Assembly (NCBI GenBank): GCA_027460535.1
Contig: JAPZAR010000036.1
Coordinates: forward strand, 30,001 to 62,000
Reading direction: 5' to 3'
DNA: 32,000 bases
DNA from: Candidatus Methanoperedens sp.
GTDB lineage: Archaea; Halobacteriota; Methanosarcinia; Methanosarcinales; Methanoperedenaceae
In this document: piece after piece, positions 31,930 to 32,000 of the stretch
Numbering within the stretch: the stretch's first letter is position 1
Layout of the letters: each line of letters starts with the position of its first letter
Made by a program: the position numbers and the translations under genes
The notes under the pieces: model-generated
The model's database searches: none
Told to the model about the DNA's origin: nothing
Seen by the model: only the letters and a program-made list of their open reading frames with translations

Positions 31930-32000
31930 GATACCCGCTATGGTTTTTTCTCTAGTCCAATATCAGCAGCTAAGAATTAATATATCTTTGCGTCTTTTGT

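Overview
The window looks like an archaeal chromosome segment, probably from a Methanosarcinales or ANME-like methanogen or methanotroph. Supporting signs are an overlapping ycaO-tfuA pair, a PGF-CTERM sorting signal, YVTN beta-propeller proteins, oligo-T terminators and TATA/SD-type gene starts. All family calls rest on motif recognition in the supplied translations and on my own manual translations. No database search was possible.

Layout:
- 1-16.5 kb: an AT-rich island, mostly on the minus strand, dominated by secreted or membrane repeat proteins. It holds beta-helix proteins (one fused to an ICMT-like membrane methyltransferase), a 15-unit TPR protein with PGF-CTERM, a zinc-ribbon plus HEAT protein, and a degenerate YVTN protein. 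It also holds cstA, a Vps4-like AAA+ ATPase fused to an FGE/SUMF1-like domain, tiny zinc-finger ORFs and a wHTH regulator.
- 16.6-18.6 kb: a visibly GC-richer block with a decayed RadC-like JAB gene and a PhzF-family gene.
- 18.8-21.9 kb: an 8-blade propeller gene split by an in-frame TGA, a SAM methyltransferase and a decayed IS110-type transposase.
- 22.2-27.3 kb: a plus-strand array of secreted proteins that share an unassigned ~140 aa C-terminal beta-rich module.
- 27.6-32 kb: a DJ-1/PfpI gene, tfuA-ycaO and an FtsZ-family gene.

No rRNA, tRNA or CRISPR array was recognised.

Most interesting observations:
- A five-copy promoter cassette carries two tandem dyads (TTTGTTAC-N9-GTAACAAA).
- The YVTN/C-terminal-module surface gene array includes a free-standing module gene and decayed module copies.
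- Two unusual fusions are present: AAA+ with an FGE-like domain, and beta-helix with ICMT.
- A ~940 bp segmental duplication has two CpXC genes with complementary lesions.
- A ~53 nt dispersed palindromic repeat occurs three times, and one copy forms the 3-prime end of the PhzF ORF.
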